Assembly (NCBI GenBank): GCA_041639695.1
Contig: JBEQBQ010000005.1
Span: 1 to 63,413 of the forward strand
DNA: 63,413 bases
From: Candidatus Nanohaloarchaea archaeon
GTDB lineage: Archaea > Nanohalarchaeota > Nanosalinia > Nanosalinales > Nanosalinaceae
Direction: 5' to 3'
The position numbers and the translations under genes were made by a program. Positions 28,217 through 38,507 of the stretch are shown here, piece by piece (position 1 is the first letter of the stretch; every line of letters begins with the position of its first letter). Below the pieces are notes generated by a model. That model did no database searches, was not told where the DNA came from, and worked only from the letters and a program-made list of their open reading frames with translations.

Positions 28217-29625
28217 AACTAAGCAAAATTTCAATACCTTACAAGGCAGCGCAGAAAGCTGGTACGCTTGTCTTAATACTTGCTTTTGGGGGTTCTGGCG
28301 GGCTTCAAAGCCTCGTGATTGCATCGGCTCTCTTTGTAGTTTTAGGGTTATTGATTTTAGGTTACGAGTATCTTTACTGGAGAAATTACAGGTACGAAAT
28401 TACTGAGGACACTTTTGACATACGTTCAGGGGTTTTCCAGAAAAGGAAAAGGGAGATACCTATCCACAGAATCCAAAACGTCGATATCACCAGAAATATA
28501 GTTATCAGGCTTCTAGGACTGGCAAAAGTCAATCTCGAGACAGCGGGAGGTGGTTCTACAGAGGCATCTATCAAGTTCGTAGGACTCCAGGAAGCAAGAC
28601 GGATCCAGAAAAAAGTGAGACAACTCAAAAAGGAAGAGGCTGAAGTAGATGAGGGGGAAGATGAGAAACTTCTTTTCGAAATGGATATGCGTGAACTTTT
28701 GATAATGAGTGTTTTTTCAGTAAAAGCCCGTTCGGTAGTGCTTCTAGGGCTGCTTTTCTCGGTTGCAGGAGGCTTTATCGGCTCAGCTATAGAGAGCACA
28801 GGTTTAGGTATCACTTTAGGACTTCTGATTACTGGAGCTTTGTCAATCTTCGCGGTATGGTTCTTTAGCGCTGCGTCCAGCTTTATTCAGTATTTTGACT
28901 TCAAGCTTCACCGAAGGGATGATGCAATAGAGTATGAGAGAGGTTTGTTCAGTCGTTCAAGCGGCAGCATACCTTTCAAAAAGATCCAGACGGTTTCTTT
29001 CGAGGAAAATCCTTTGAAACGTGTTTTCGGATACTCCACGGTAAAGATCGAAACAGCAGGTTATTCGGCTGACACCGCAGCGGAGAAAGGAGCCGAGGCA
29101 GCCATTCCATTCGCAAAAAGGGATAGAGCTGTCCAACTTGCCAGAAAGATTAGAGGGTACGAGAAACTGGAGCTAGACTTGGATCAAATTCCAAAGAGAG
29201 CTATGCACCGTTACATCGGAAGATATGCTATTATCTGGTCGTCAATTATGGTTCTTGGACTATTAGTTGGTCGTTCGGTTCCGAATGTTAACTTGGTTCT
29301 GCCAGGCATGCTAGTCCTGGTTATTCCCCTAGCCGCATACTTTAAATGGAAGAATCGAGGCTTTGGAACAGATGAAGAGTTCTTCTACAGCAGGAACGGA
29401 TTCTGGAATAGAAAAACCATGGTAACTCCGTACTTCAGAGTTCAGAACTTGATGGAGTCCCAGAATGTTCTACAGAAACGTTTCAGGCTTGCAAACCTGA
29501 CACTTGATACGGCAGGCTCTGGAATTCTAGGTAATAATCCTAAAGCTATTGACTTAGATGAGGAAAAAGCCTCGGAACTGAGAAAGATAGTCTTCGAGAG
29601 ATTTGAGAGATCTCTTTATTTGTAA
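28213..29625 (+). CDS. Multi-bPH_2 domain membrane protein (YdbT-like)
   Basis: Three repeats of P..(R/K)(I/V)Q...(E/D)TAG; overlaps the YdbS-like gene by ATGA. Confidence 0.85.
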   Translation: MKLSKISIPYKAAQKAGTLVLILAFGGSGGLQSLVIASALFVVLGLLILGYEYLYWRNYRYEITEDTFDIRSGVFQKRKREIPIHRIQNVDITRNIVIRLLGLAKVNLETAGGGSTEASIKFVGLQEARRIQKKVRQLKKEEAEVDEGEDEKLLFEMDMRELLIMSVFSVKARSVVLLGLLFSVAGGFIGSAIESTGLGITLGLLITGALSIFAVWFFSAASSFIQYFDFKLHRRDDAIEYERGLFSRSSGSIPFKKIQTVSFEENPLKRVFGYSTVKIETAGYSADTAAEKGAEAAIPFAKRDRAVQLARKIRGYEKLELDLDQIPKRAMHRYIGRYAIIWSSIMVLGLLVGRSVPNVNLVLPGMLVLVIPLAAYFKWKNRGFGTDEEFFYSRNGFWNRKTMVTPYFRVQNLMESQNVLQKRFRLANLTLDTAGSGILGNNPKAIDLDEEKASELRKIVFERFERSLYL

Positions 29626-30191
29626 CGTCCTCTTTTCTCGACTTTCTCCAGTCTTCTCATAACGTCCTCTGAATTTTCATAGTTGCTGTAGCCTTCAAGG
29701 AAGCTTTGCCATGCATCGTCTGTGGCTTCCGGGTGTGAGGAGTTGAGAACTTGTTTCAGTAGGTGTATGTCAACCGCACGATCCTCGTTCCGCTCCGATC
29801 TGAAAGCCAGCCCGAAATCAATCAAAGTAACGGAGTTTTCCTGGATAATTACGTTGCTAGTGGTCAGGTCGCCGTGAATTATACCTGTGGAGTGCAGAAG
29901 CCCGATATTTTCTCCAAGATCCTTGAAGAACGCAGTATTTTTTACTTTCTCTTTCAGCATTTTCCCATCGACTTTCTCCATCTCCAGCTCGAAATCAGAT
30001 GTTTTTCCGATACCAGGAACTGAAACGTTGTGGTTTCCAGCCTCTTTAATGAGCCTTGCTTCAGTCTTTGTTCTTTCGGTTCTTAGGCGTTTGTCGAGTT
30101 CAGGGTGCCTGTAATCCTTATTCTCTCTTTTCTTGACTACTTTCTCTTCTCCTATCTCTACAGTAGCTTCGGCACCTTTCCGCTTATTCAT
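29616..30191 (-). CDS. bud32: KEOPS kinase Bud32 (standalone)
   Basis: KGAEA, YRHPELD, HGDLTTSN, IDFGL, AVD and RGRY motifs. Confidence 0.95.
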   Translation of the reverse strand: MNKRKGAEATVEIGEEKVVKKRENKDYRHPELDKRLRTERTKTEARLIKEAGNHNVSVPGIGKTSDFELEMEKVDGKMLKEKVKNTAFFKDLGENIGLLHSTGIIHGDLTTSNVIIQENSVTLIDFGLAFRSERNEDRAVDIHLLKQVLNSSHPEATDDAWQSFLEGYSNYENSEDVMRRLEKVEKRGRYK

Positions 30192-31833
30192 GTTCCTGAA
30201 GGTAACGCCTTATCTCTAAAAGGTTTCTCCTCCTGAGCTCCTCTCTATAGTTTCTGTCTTCGATCACGCCGTTAACATGTTCAACAAGCTCTTCTGACGA
30301 AAGAATGTCGGGCACATTTACGTATAGAGCTCCTTCCTCAAGAAGGCTCTTTGCTTCTAAAGAGTTGTTCGCTCTCAGTATTTTTTCGGCATCCGTCTCT
30401 AGTCCGAGTATTTTTTTCGATATCTGTTTGAACGGGATTGTTGATACTATAAGCTTTGCATCTTCCGGATTGGCTTTTTCCCAAGTTTCATCGTCCATCA
30501 CATCGCCGAAGATGTAGTTATTGTGTTTCTTCGAGAATTCCTCAATCTTTTCAGGATCGTTTTCAACCAGTATAAACTTCTGGCCTTCCTCTCTCAAGGC
30601 TTCAGCAATCTCCTTACCTTGGGTATCGTAGCCAAGAAGAATTACGTGATTTTTGAGTTCTTCAGGCAGTGAAGTTTTCTCGTTGATCTTTCTTGAATTA
30701 ACCTCTACTAGCTCGAGGCTTGAAACGTAGTTGTAGAGTTCTTCCTCGTACCGTGAGGTGTAGGAGGAAACGATCATCGTTATAGTTGCTGAAAGGATTA
30801 TCGACTGGAATATCACTGGGTTGATCGTTCCGGCGATGTGGGCCTGGATGGCAATTATTAACGCGAACTCGCTGATCTGGTCCAGACTTAAACCTGTTAG
30901 ATAGGCTGTTCTTCTGTCGTAACCGTTTATGAGGAGGCCTACGCCTGTCATTATAGGTTTTAGCAGTAGGGTTGTTGAGGTAAGAACTGCAGTAAGCAGC
31001 AGTGTTTCGAAGGTTGGAACCGCGATCAAAGCTCCCAGAGTAACGAAGAATATTGAGGAGAAGAAGTCCTTCATAGAGCCCATCGTGTCGAGTATTTCCA
31101 TGTTGTGTGGGAACTTCGAGACAGCGATTCCTGCGGCGAACGAACCAACGACAAGCGAAGAGTTGATGTACTGCGAAGTACTTATAAATAGGATGAGTAT
31201 AGATAGTGAGAAAAGGGTGATGAGTTCTCTTGAGCCTTCTGCCAGTCTCGCTATATGATCCATGAGGAACTGTCTGATCAGAAGCGCACCAACCATGGTA
31301 ACAGCAAGATAGGAGAGGTTAAGTGCTATACTCTCTGCTGTAAATCCTGAAAGTATAACTGTAATTGCAATTACTGCTACTAAGTCCTGGAAAAGCTGAA
31401 TTGCTTCAGCAAGTCTACCGTGAAGTATGTCGACACGTACCTCGCTCTTAACTAGCTCTAAGCCTACCAGTGATGAACTGAGCGCTCCTGCCAGGCTGAA
31501 ATAAAGGGAGTCGGACAGACTGAAACCTATTCCTTGAGCTACGAGGAAGAGCATAGTTCCAACAACAACAATCTGGACTAAAGCGGTCGATACTGCTTCC
31601 TCGCCCACGGTCCTGATTCTACCGAGATCGGACTTGATTCCAAAGACGAAGACGAGGAAAGCAATTCCTAGCTGAGAGAGCCCAAGTATCTCTGATTGGT
31701 TTATCCAGGTCCCTACTAGGATCCCTGCGAAGATGTAGGCCGGTATACGTGGATGAGATAGTTTTTCCAATAGGAAAATCATTATGGAGGATGCTACGAA
31801 CACGGCTGTCAGTATGGTTATTAGTTCAGACAT
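30184..31833 (-). CDS. Kef-type CPA2 cation:proton antiporter with RCK/TrkA_N domain
   Basis: LSSS, QD, FFVTLG and QISEF motifs with a C-terminal Rossmann-like RCK domain. Confidence 0.9.
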   Translation of the reverse strand: MSELITILTAVFVASSIMIFLLEKLSHPRIPAYIFAGILVGTWINQSEILGLSQLGIAFLVFVFGIKSDLGRIRTVGEEAVSTALVQIVVVGTMLFLVAQGIGFSLSDSLYFSLAGALSSSLVGLELVKSEVRVDILHGRLAEAIQLFQDLVAVIAITVILSGFTAESIALNLSYLAVTMVGALLIRQFLMDHIARLAEGSRELITLFSLSILILFISTSQYINSSLVVGSFAAGIAVSKFPHNMEILDTMGSMKDFFSSIFFVTLGALIAVPTFETLLLTAVLTSTTLLLKPIMTGVGLLINGYDRRTAYLTGLSLDQISEFALIIAIQAHIAGTINPVIFQSIILSATITMIVSSYTSRYEEELYNYVSSLELVEVNSRKINEKTSLPEELKNHVILLGYDTQGKEIAEALREEGQKFILVENDPEKIEEFSKKHNNYIFGDVMDDETWEKANPEDAKLIVSTIPFKQISKKILGLETDAEKILRANNSLEAKSLLEEGALYVNVPDILSSEELVEHVNGVIEDRNYREELRRRNLLEIRRYLQEHE

Positions 31834-33499
31834 TTTCTCGGCCTCCGTACATTATGTTTTCCACGTCTTTCTCTACCTCTTTCTTGAATAGATCTTGGTC
31901 TTCTAAAAACAGTTTAATGTAATCGCTCATCTTCTCGCCGGTTAAAATATTCCTGACGATAACGTAATGTGCGCCCATATCATAGAGGTCGGCTGCTTCA
32001 TCTATCTCGTCGGCTTTCACGAAAACAGTGGTGTCTGGGTTTACGTGTTCCAGTATTTCCCTGTTTACCTCGAATTCTGGTGCAACGCTTACAAGCATGT
32101 CTGCATTCTTCATTCCTGCCGCTCTTCTTATCTCGCTGTGCCTGAAGTCGCCGTAGATGAACTCGAAATCTGACTCGGCCAGTTCATCGACCTTTCTCGA
32201 GCTCCGGTCGACAATAACAACGTTTTCGTAATGTCTTTTCAGGTCATCTAACAGCTTTTCTGTGATTGCGTCGTAGCCTACGACGATTGCGTGGCCTTCT
32301 AGTTTCTGGATTTCTACGTCTCGTTTATCCTCTGACTTGAAACGCTCAAATAAGTGTTCAACTGTGTTGAAAAGTTCTTGGTTGTAGTTAAGCAGGTAGG
32401 ATGAGACGCCCATAGTAATAACCGCCACCAAACTAATGAAGCCGACTAATTCGTTTCCTATAAGGCCTTCTGAAAGCGCTAAGGCCCCGAGTATAAGTGA
32501 GAACTCGCTTATCTGGGTCATGTTTACCGCAGCCTTGAATGAGGTCTGTGGTGTGAACTTCATTCGATCAGTTAGCAGGAAGATTATCGCGAACTTTCCG
32601 ATTATTAGGACTGCTGAAGCAATTAATGCTTCGGTCATGTAGGCTGTTAGCTGTCCTGGAACGATTTTAAGCCCGAAATTGATGAAGAATACTGCCATGA
32701 AAATGTCTGTCAGCGGTCTTACTCGTTCCTGCAGTTCGCTGCTGTAAGGTAACTGTGCTAGGCTTAAACCTGCGAAGAAGGCGCCTATCTCCATCGAAAG
32801 ATTCAATTTTTGCGCTATGAATATTAGAGTGAAAGCCCACGCTATGCCGTGTATAAAGAAGGAATGAAGGTCTTTTGAAAGCCGTTTGAACGCTTTAGGT
32901 AAAAGATATTGGGAAGAGAGGTAGGAAAGAGCTCCTATTACGCCTATCATGGCGAAGACTTCTGCCAGCCTTACTGCGGCCTGTGTTGGAGAAGTGAGTT
33001 GGGTCGAGATAAGTGCAAGTATTATTACAACGGCAACGTCCTGTATCAATAGTATTCCGACATCGAGACGTCCTGGTAAAGATGATGATTCGTCCTTGTC
33101 TGTAAGCAGTTTTACTACTAGTGCTGTGGAGCTGAACATGGATGCGGCTCCGATAAAGACTGATTCGACTAATGTAAATCCTAGCAAGAAACCGGTTCCG
33201 GCACCTAGAGCAAAAGTTGTTACCATCTGGAAGATTCCTATTATTACTGTTGGTTTGAGAACTTCCTTGACCTTCTTGACATCAATTTCGAGACCGATTA
33301 GAAATAGTAGGAAGACCAGGCCAAGTTCAGAAAGTATCTTGGTGAGTTCAGTCTGTGCCAGCATGCCAAGGCCTACTGGTCCGAGAACCAATCCTGCAGC
33401 TATATAGCCGATTATAGTAGGCTGACGGGTCTTCCGCGCTATGAACGCAAATAATGTCGCGACCGCGATTGCAAGTCCAAAGGTTTCAAAACCAGTCAT
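31826..33499 (-). CDS. Kef-type CPA2 cation:proton antiporter with RCK/TrkA_N domain
   Basis: FLLFLIGLE, FSSTA, LLIQD, GAFFAG and QISEF motifs. Confidence 0.92.
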   Translation of the reverse strand: MTGFETFGLAIAVATLFAFIARKTRQPTIIGYIAAGLVLGPVGLGMLAQTELTKILSELGLVFLLFLIGLEIDVKKVKEVLKPTVIIGIFQMVTTFALGAGTGFLLGFTLVESVFIGAASMFSSTALVVKLLTDKDESSSLPGRLDVGILLIQDVAVVIILALISTQLTSPTQAAVRLAEVFAMIGVIGALSYLSSQYLLPKAFKRLSKDLHSFFIHGIAWAFTLIFIAQKLNLSMEIGAFFAGLSLAQLPYSSELQERVRPLTDIFMAVFFINFGLKIVPGQLTAYMTEALIASAVLIIGKFAIIFLLTDRMKFTPQTSFKAAVNMTQISEFSLILGALALSEGLIGNELVGFISLVAVITMGVSSYLLNYNQELFNTVEHLFERFKSEDKRDVEIQKLEGHAIVVGYDAITEKLLDDLKRHYENVVIVDRSSRKVDELAESDFEFIYGDFRHSEIRRAAGMKNADMLVSVAPEFEVNREILEHVNPDTTVFVKADEIDEAADLYDMGAHYVIVRNILTGEKMSDYIKLFLEDQDLFKKEVEKDVENIMYGGRENV

Positions 33500-34068
33500 T
33501 CAACTACTTTTTCGATCTCTTTCTTCTTAATAGGTCCCTCTCTATGGATCACGACCTCGTCGTCCACGATCTCAACGATGGTTGAAGTAGGGCCTTCCTC
33601 CAGCTCTCCTGCATCAAGTACAAAATCAACTTTCTCAAGCAGTTCGTTTGAAATATCTTCAACCGAGTAAGAAGTTTCTTCGCCTGAAATGTTGGCGCTT
33701 GTCGCAGTGATTGGAACATTTTCAGCCAACTTTCTCGCTGTTTCAGAGGAGGAAATTCTGAAGACAAACTTTTCATTCATGCTGTTTGGGATGCTGTCTT
33801 TTTTGTCCGCTACTAAAGTTATTGGTCCGGGCATCAATTCTTTAACGATCTTTCTCTCCTTCTCTGAAAGCTCCGCATAAGTTTCCACCTGCTTGAGAGA
33901 AGAGACTATTGCTGTCAAACCTTTTTCTCGGGGTCTCTGCTTCGCATTATAGACTTTGTCTACTGCTTCAGGGTTTGTTGAGTCAGTGGCTATGCCGTAA
34001 GCAGTCTCAGTCGGGAAGATAACGATGCCGCCTTCTTCAATAATTTTTTTGGCTTCTTGTATTTCCAT
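33496..34068 (-). CDS. tsaC: Threonylcarbamoyl-AMP synthase (YrdC domain only)
   Basis: FPTETAYG, KQRP, PGPIT, TSANISG, STIV and REG motifs. Confidence 0.93.
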   Translation of the reverse strand: MEIQEAKKIIEEGGIVIFPTETAYGIATDSTNPEAVDKVYNAKQRPREKGLTAIVSSLKQVETYAELSEKERKIVKELMPGPITLVADKKDSIPNSMNEKFVFRISSSETARKLAENVPITATSANISGEETSYSVEDISNELLEKVDFVLDAGELEEGPTSTIVEIVDDEVVIHREGPIKKKEIEKVVE

Positions 34069-34074
34069 AATTCT

Positions 34075-34866
34075 TCACCTGTCGTCCTCAAATTTAATAT
34101 CGCCTAATGACTTGCTTAACGGTACAGATCTATAGATATCGTAGAGTGCCTGCGCATCGCGGTCAAGATCATCGTAATTCTCTCTTCCATTTACTCTGCT
34201 GTAATCGGCAGGGCTGAGTACGTCTTTCAGTCCTAGGTTCTCGTTATGGAACTGAATTCTTACTTTCTTTCCGTCGCTCCAGGCATCAAAATGACTGCCT
34301 GTGTAATGACTATCGCCGAATGCTGTCTCGGTAGATAAACTGGGTTGGTTATCAAGGCCATGGATCTGAACCACTTTCTTACCGTCAATAACGTATTTTT
34401 CGACAGGATGTATTTTTTCCCTATCAAACTCTTGTGCTTCCTCTAGGCTAAATTCTTCTTCAAGTTGTTGAAGCTGAGAGTCCATCTGGCGAAGTTCGTC
34501 CTCTTCCAGTCTTACTTCTGAACCTGACGTGTAAGGGTTCAGGAGCTTGTATAAAGGGTTATCCATGTCCAAGGATTCAAGGCTCTCGTATGGTATCTGT
34601 GAGAATCTGTCCGGGGTTTCTCCACCATTAAAGATTGTTTCCATCTCTTCCGCTATCTGTGAGGGTGGAGGTCCGTCTTCGGGGTAGATGGCTGCCTCGA
34701 TGATTCCTTCTTCTTGTTTCAAGTTGATCTCCCAGCCTCCACCCATTCTTTCTTCCAAAGGCGAGCCTCTTGACAGGGTATCTATTTCAGGCCCAACTGC
34801 TGCAGCGCCTAGAAGGCTCCCGAGAAAGCTTCTACGGCTCTGCTCAAAACTGTCTTCGTCACTCAT
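34075..34866 (-). CDS. Orphan protein with twin-arginine-like N-terminus
   Basis: From the internal ATG: MSDEDSFEQSRRSFLGSLLGAAAV. ORF track 34075..34926. Confidence 0.65.
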   Translation of the reverse strand: MSDEDSFEQSRRSFLGSLLGAAAVGPEIDTLSRGSPLEERMGGGWEINLKQEEGIIEAAIYPEDGPPPSQIAEEMETIFNGGETPDRFSQIPYESLESLDMDNPLYKLLNPYTSGSEVRLEEDELRQMDSQLQQLEEEFSLEEAQEFDREKIHPVEKYVIDGKKVVQIHGLDNQPSLSTETAFGDSHYTGSHFDAWSDGKKVRIQFHNENLGLKDVLSPADYSRVNGRENYDDLDRDAQALYDIYRSVPLSKSLGDIKFEDDR

Positions 34867-34888
34867 TTCTTTAACAGGCCTTTTATTC

Positions 34889-35401
34889 TCAATAATTGTT
34901 CTCTGATATTCTTTCGAAGGTTTCAAGAGTGTCTTTCAGTTCTGATTCGTCTAGATCGTGCAGAGTTTTCCTTCCCTCCACAACATCTCGTGCGTAACCG
35001 TCCAGATTCCCCACACTTTCGTGAGGGATGTTGTAGTTACGTTCTTCTGAACCAATTCTAACTCCGATCCGTGTTCGATCTTCTCTTCGCACCCAGGAAA
35101 AACCATGTACACACCTTTGGTAAGGCTCTAATATTCTGTCCTTAGCCTCGAAAAGTGTCTCTCCTTCCTCCAAGCTGCCTTCAGAAAGCTGTTCCAGCTC
35201 CTGTGATACATCTTGCCATTCTTCCTCGGTATAGGAAGTAGGGTCATCCAGTAGTGTATGAACTCTGTCCCTATGTTCGCTTGGGATCAAGTAGCTGAAT
35301 TCTCCGTTCTGTGTCGTCACTTCTACAGCTGATACAACGGAATCAAATGTGTGGCTGTACCGGAATGCAAATGATTTCGAATTTTCTTCACGGTCTGACA
35401 T
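34889..35401 (-). CDS. Orphan acidic hypothetical protein
   Basis: 170-aa ORF with its own TATA box and palindromic site. Confidence 0.7.
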   Translation of the reverse strand: MSDREENSKSFAFRYSHTFDSVVSAVEVTTQNGEFSYLIPSEHRDRVHTLLDDPTSYTEEEWQDVSQELEQLSEGSLEEGETLFEAKDRILEPYQRCVHGFSWVRREDRTRIGVRIGSEERNYNIPHESVGNLDGYARDVVEGRKTLHDLDESELKDTLETFERISENNY

Positions 35402-35404
35402 GCC

Positions 35405-35424
35405 TTGCTATTACTGAGTAACAC
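35405..35424 (-). promoter_or_regulatory. GTGTTA-N8-TAGCAA palindromic site
   Basis: 10/12 match; follows TTTTAA and ends 3 nt before the ATG at 35401. Confidence 0.5.
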
Positions 35425-35449
35425 TTAAAATTCTCGGGTATAGGGAGGA

Positions 35450-35986
35450 CTAGTCTTTGACTTCGTACTTCCATCCGGGCTGCCATTCGCCTACCTCTCT
35501 CCAGTCCTCGGCGATAGCCTGCTCCCAACTTTTGCCCTCGGTCAAAACTTCAAGCGAGAGCTGGGGTGCCTGATGAGCGACCAGTGCGACCTTCTCGCCT
35601 TGATGCTTTTCCAAAAGGCAGTCCAGAAAATCCCTGATCCTTTTCTCGACAGCCCTGTAGCTTTCTCCGTCCGGGTAGGATTCGTCCACGTAGTCCTCTA
35701 TATCCCAGGTAAACTTGTCCTGCGTCATATCGCCGTAATCGCACTCCCTAAGCCTTTCGTCCTTGATTATATCATATTCGTCGCCGAAAGCTAGGTTCGC
35801 GGATCTTACAGCTCGATGCAAGTCTGAGCAGTAGACCGCATCGAACTCCTCGTCGACCTTTTCGCCCAGATCTTTAGCCTGTTGAACCCCAAGTTCTGAG
35901 AGGTTTCCGGGTGCATGACCGGTAGCTCTATTATTTTCATTATCGGTCGTTGTTCCGTGAACAAAATAAGTGATCTCTACAACCAT
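35450..35986 (-). CDS. Histidine phosphatase family protein
   Basis: FVHG.T (RHG variant), SDLHRA, LRECDYG, GES and VAH motifs. Confidence 0.88.
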   Translation of the reverse strand: MVVEITYFVHGTTTDNENNRATGHAPGNLSELGVQQAKDLGEKVDEEFDAVYCSDLHRAVRSANLAFGDEYDIIKDERLRECDYGDMTQDKFTWDIEDYVDESYPDGESYRAVEKRIRDFLDCLLEKHQGEKVALVAHQAPQLSLEVLTEGKSWEQAIAEDWREVGEWQPGWKYEVKD

Positions 35987-36951
35987 TCTACTTCCACCTC
36001 GTCAGGTCTCCAGTTCGGTCTTTTTTTCGAATCTTCGATGCTTGTCTCTCTGCCTGCTTTCAGCTCGATCATTCCCTGGTGGGCGATCATCGCACCGTTA
36101 TCCATACAGAACTCTGGAGGCGGAACGTAAGCTTTTGCGCCTCGTTGCTCGCACATCTTCTCAACCATCTCTCTAAGCCTTGAGTTCATCGCCACTCCGC
36201 CAGTCAGGAGTGCTTCATCGCTTCCCTCCTGCGCCATCGCCCTTTCCAAGGCTTCAACTGCGACAGCGTAAGCGTGTTCCTGGAAGGAGTTAGCTAGGAG
36301 TTCGTCGTCTACATCGCCGACCTGTCTCTGCACCTCTGTAACAAGACCGGAGTAAGATAGGTCCATTCCTTTGATAGGATAACTTAGTTCGATTATATCT
36401 TCTGTTTTTTCCGCCAGATTCTCTATCTCCGGTCCTCCAGGATGAGGATAGCCTAGTGTACGTGCTAGTTTGTCTAAGGCGTTTCCTAATGCGACGTCCT
36501 GTGTCTCTCCGACTATCCGGTAATGGCCTTTCCTGAAATCTAGTATCTGTGTGTTGCCGCCTGAAACATAGAGCGTGGTCGGATCTTCGGCCTCAGTAGT
36601 TCTTGTACCGATCGAAATATGTGCTAGGCAGTGGTTTACACCGATCATAGGAATATCGTGCTTTATTGAAAGTGATCTTGCGATTACCGCGCCGATATCA
36701 AGACACTGAGGTATTCCAGGTCCCTGAGAGTATGCAATTCCATCAATTTCTTCGATTTCAATATCTGCTTCCTGCTCCGCGTTATGTAAAAGCTCAAGTG
36801 CGTGCTGATAGTGATGTTCCGCGGCCTTCCTCGGATGTATGCCGCCCTCTTCTGGTTCGAACATGTCCTTCTGGTTCGCCAAGACTTCTTCCTCATCGAC
36901 AATTCCTATGCCGAGTGTATGGGCGGTTGACTCTATTCCAAGGACTTTCAT
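35977..36951 (-). CDS. kae1: KEOPS t6A synthase Kae1
   Basis: GIESTAHT, GPG, NHCLAH, VSGGNT, DNGAMIA and WRPDEV motifs. Confidence 0.97.
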   Translation of the reverse strand: MKVLGIESTAHTLGIGIVDEEEVLANQKDMFEPEEGGIHPRKAAEHHYQHALELLHNAEQEADIEIEEIDGIAYSQGPGIPQCLDIGAVIARSLSIKHDIPMIGVNHCLAHISIGTRTTEAEDPTTLYVSGGNTQILDFRKGHYRIVGETQDVALGNALDKLARTLGYPHPGGPEIENLAEKTEDIIELSYPIKGMDLSYSGLVTEVQRQVGDVDDELLANSFQEHAYAVAVEALERAMAQEGSDEALLTGGVAMNSRLREMVEKMCEQRGAKAYVPPPEFCMDNGAMIAHQGMIELKAGRETSIEDSKKRPNWRPDEVEVEWL

Positions 36952-36996
36952 GTTTATGAGGTTGGTTCCAAGAAATTAAGTAACAACTGATTTGTC

Positions 36997-37788
36997 CTAA
37001 GACTTGTCGTATTGTGTCTCTTCTGATCCTCCTTCAATACATTCCACGGTCAATATCTCACCGGATTGTTCCGAGTGCCCTAGTATGTGATGTTCGAAAT
37101 TCGGGATATCATAACTGGAACTGACCTGTGTAAGCACATCGTAAAACTCGTCGGGATTGTCATTTACGTGGTTGTATATGGTAGAAATTGTCTCTTCGTC
37201 TGATATTACCTGAACGGATGGCCGTGTAAGAAAATTCTCGAACATGGGTTTCCCGAAGGGGTTAGTCTCAGTTTCGTATGGCATGTTTAAGCCGAATAAT
37301 GCGTAATGGGCTTTTCCTCGGGATTTAGATTCATCGAGAGCGTCTTTGAGCTTTGCACGAGGTCCAAGAAATCCTTCCAGCCATTCATCAACAACAGGTA
37401 AAGCTGGTTCTTCAAGAGTGAGTTTGGATAGTTTGCCTCTGGCAAGTAGTTCTCCGAGAAGAGCTGTTTCGTCTCCGGGGGTATAATTATCTATTCTGTC
37501 AGGATCAACGATCTCAGTTATATCGTTATTTGCGTTCTCTATGTAGGGCGAATTAAACAGGTGCATCCTGTTTCCGTCGGCACGGTTTTGGGAGAGGTTG
37601 TCGGTAAAGCGCCTGAAACCTAGCCCTTTATGCGCCATCCTTGGTCCGGGGTCCTGGTCATAGGCATTATACCAGTCGTCGTTCAGCTTCGAATGTTTTC
37701 CGACACCATGAATGTAAATTTCCATTCCAAAATCGGGGTCTTCAGCGAAAGTTTCTGATTCAAGGTCGAGATTTTCGAGATCGGTCAT
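36997..37788 (-). CDS. Orphan hypothetical protein
   Basis: 263-aa acidic ORF inserted between eS31 and kae1. Confidence 0.7.
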   Translation of the reverse strand: MTDLENLDLESETFAEDPDFGMEIYIHGVGKHSKLNDDWYNAYDQDPGPRMAHKGLGFRRFTDNLSQNRADGNRMHLFNSPYIENANNDITEIVDPDRIDNYTPGDETALLGELLARGKLSKLTLEEPALPVVDEWLEGFLGPRAKLKDALDESKSRGKAHYALFGLNMPYETETNPFGKPMFENFLTRPSVQVISDEETISTIYNHVNDNPDEFYDVLTQVSSSYDIPNFEHHILGHSEQSGEILTVECIEGGSEETQYDKS

Positions 37789-37899
37789 AGGTAGGTTATT
37801 GACCGCAAAAACATTAATTCGTTTGGACTTTTTAGAGAAGGTTTAACCGAAAACTGGGTTTTTAGAGGAATTAACTAAATGAGAAGAGAATGGAGGGGA

Positions 37900-38049
37900 C
37901 TACTCGTGCTTCGTGTAACCACATTTGCCGCAGCTCTTGCGGTCGCCGTGGTCTGCTAGGAAGCTTGAGCATCGAGGACACTTCTCCGTGTCTGTGGTTC
38001 CGTCCTCGTCGTACTTCTCCCATCGCTCAACTTTCTCGTGTTTTGCCAT
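37900..38049 (-). CDS. rps27ae: 30S ribosomal protein eS31 (S27ae)
   Basis: [19 protein letters not shown]; follows eS24. Confidence 0.95.
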   Translation of the reverse strand: MAKHEKVERWEKYDEDGTTDTEKCPRCSSFLADHGDRKSCGKCGYTKHE

Positions 38050-38056
38050 TAGTGAA

Positions 38057-38497
38057 TCACTTCTGGCTTTCAAGCCAGTCAACTAGGGTTGTACGGTTTT
38101 TGTTGTCTTTCTCTGCCTGTACGGCTGCGTCCCAGTCAACGGAGTCCATCGAGTTGAACGCGTCTTTTGCGTCGGTGATGGTTCCTGCGACTGCTTCCTC
38201 GTAGTCAGCGGAAACTTCTACTTCTTCTCCCTGATCTTCACTAGGATCTCTTTCGAGTTCTTCGTCGTAGTCAAAGTCGTCGTAGACCTTGAGTGTTGCC
38301 TTAGAAGTGTTTGAACCGAATCCGGTGTGGACTGATTCAATCTCGACTTTTTCGACATCTAGGTCGTTTTCTGCTGCTACACGGTTTTTAACGTCTTCGT
38401 TTGAAGGAGTAGCTTCTCCTTCATGGTCGATCTCGACCTCTACCTCTCTTCTTTCGAGGAGAGGATTTTCTTTTACAGATACAAGTGTTGAATCCAT
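38057..38497 (-). CDS. rps24e: 30S ribosomal protein eS24 with C-terminal extension
   Basis: [17 protein letters not shown] and TGFG motifs, plus about 50 extra C-terminal residues. Confidence 0.92.
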   Translation of the reverse strand: MDSTLVSVKENPLLERREVEVEIDHEGEATPSNEDVKNRVAAENDLDVEKVEIESVHTGFGSNTSKATLKVYDDFDYDEELERDPSEDQGEEVEVSADYEEAVAGTITDAKDAFNSMDSVDWDAAVQAEKDNKNRTTLVDWLESQK

Positions 38498-38507
38498 AGT
38501 ATTGTTT

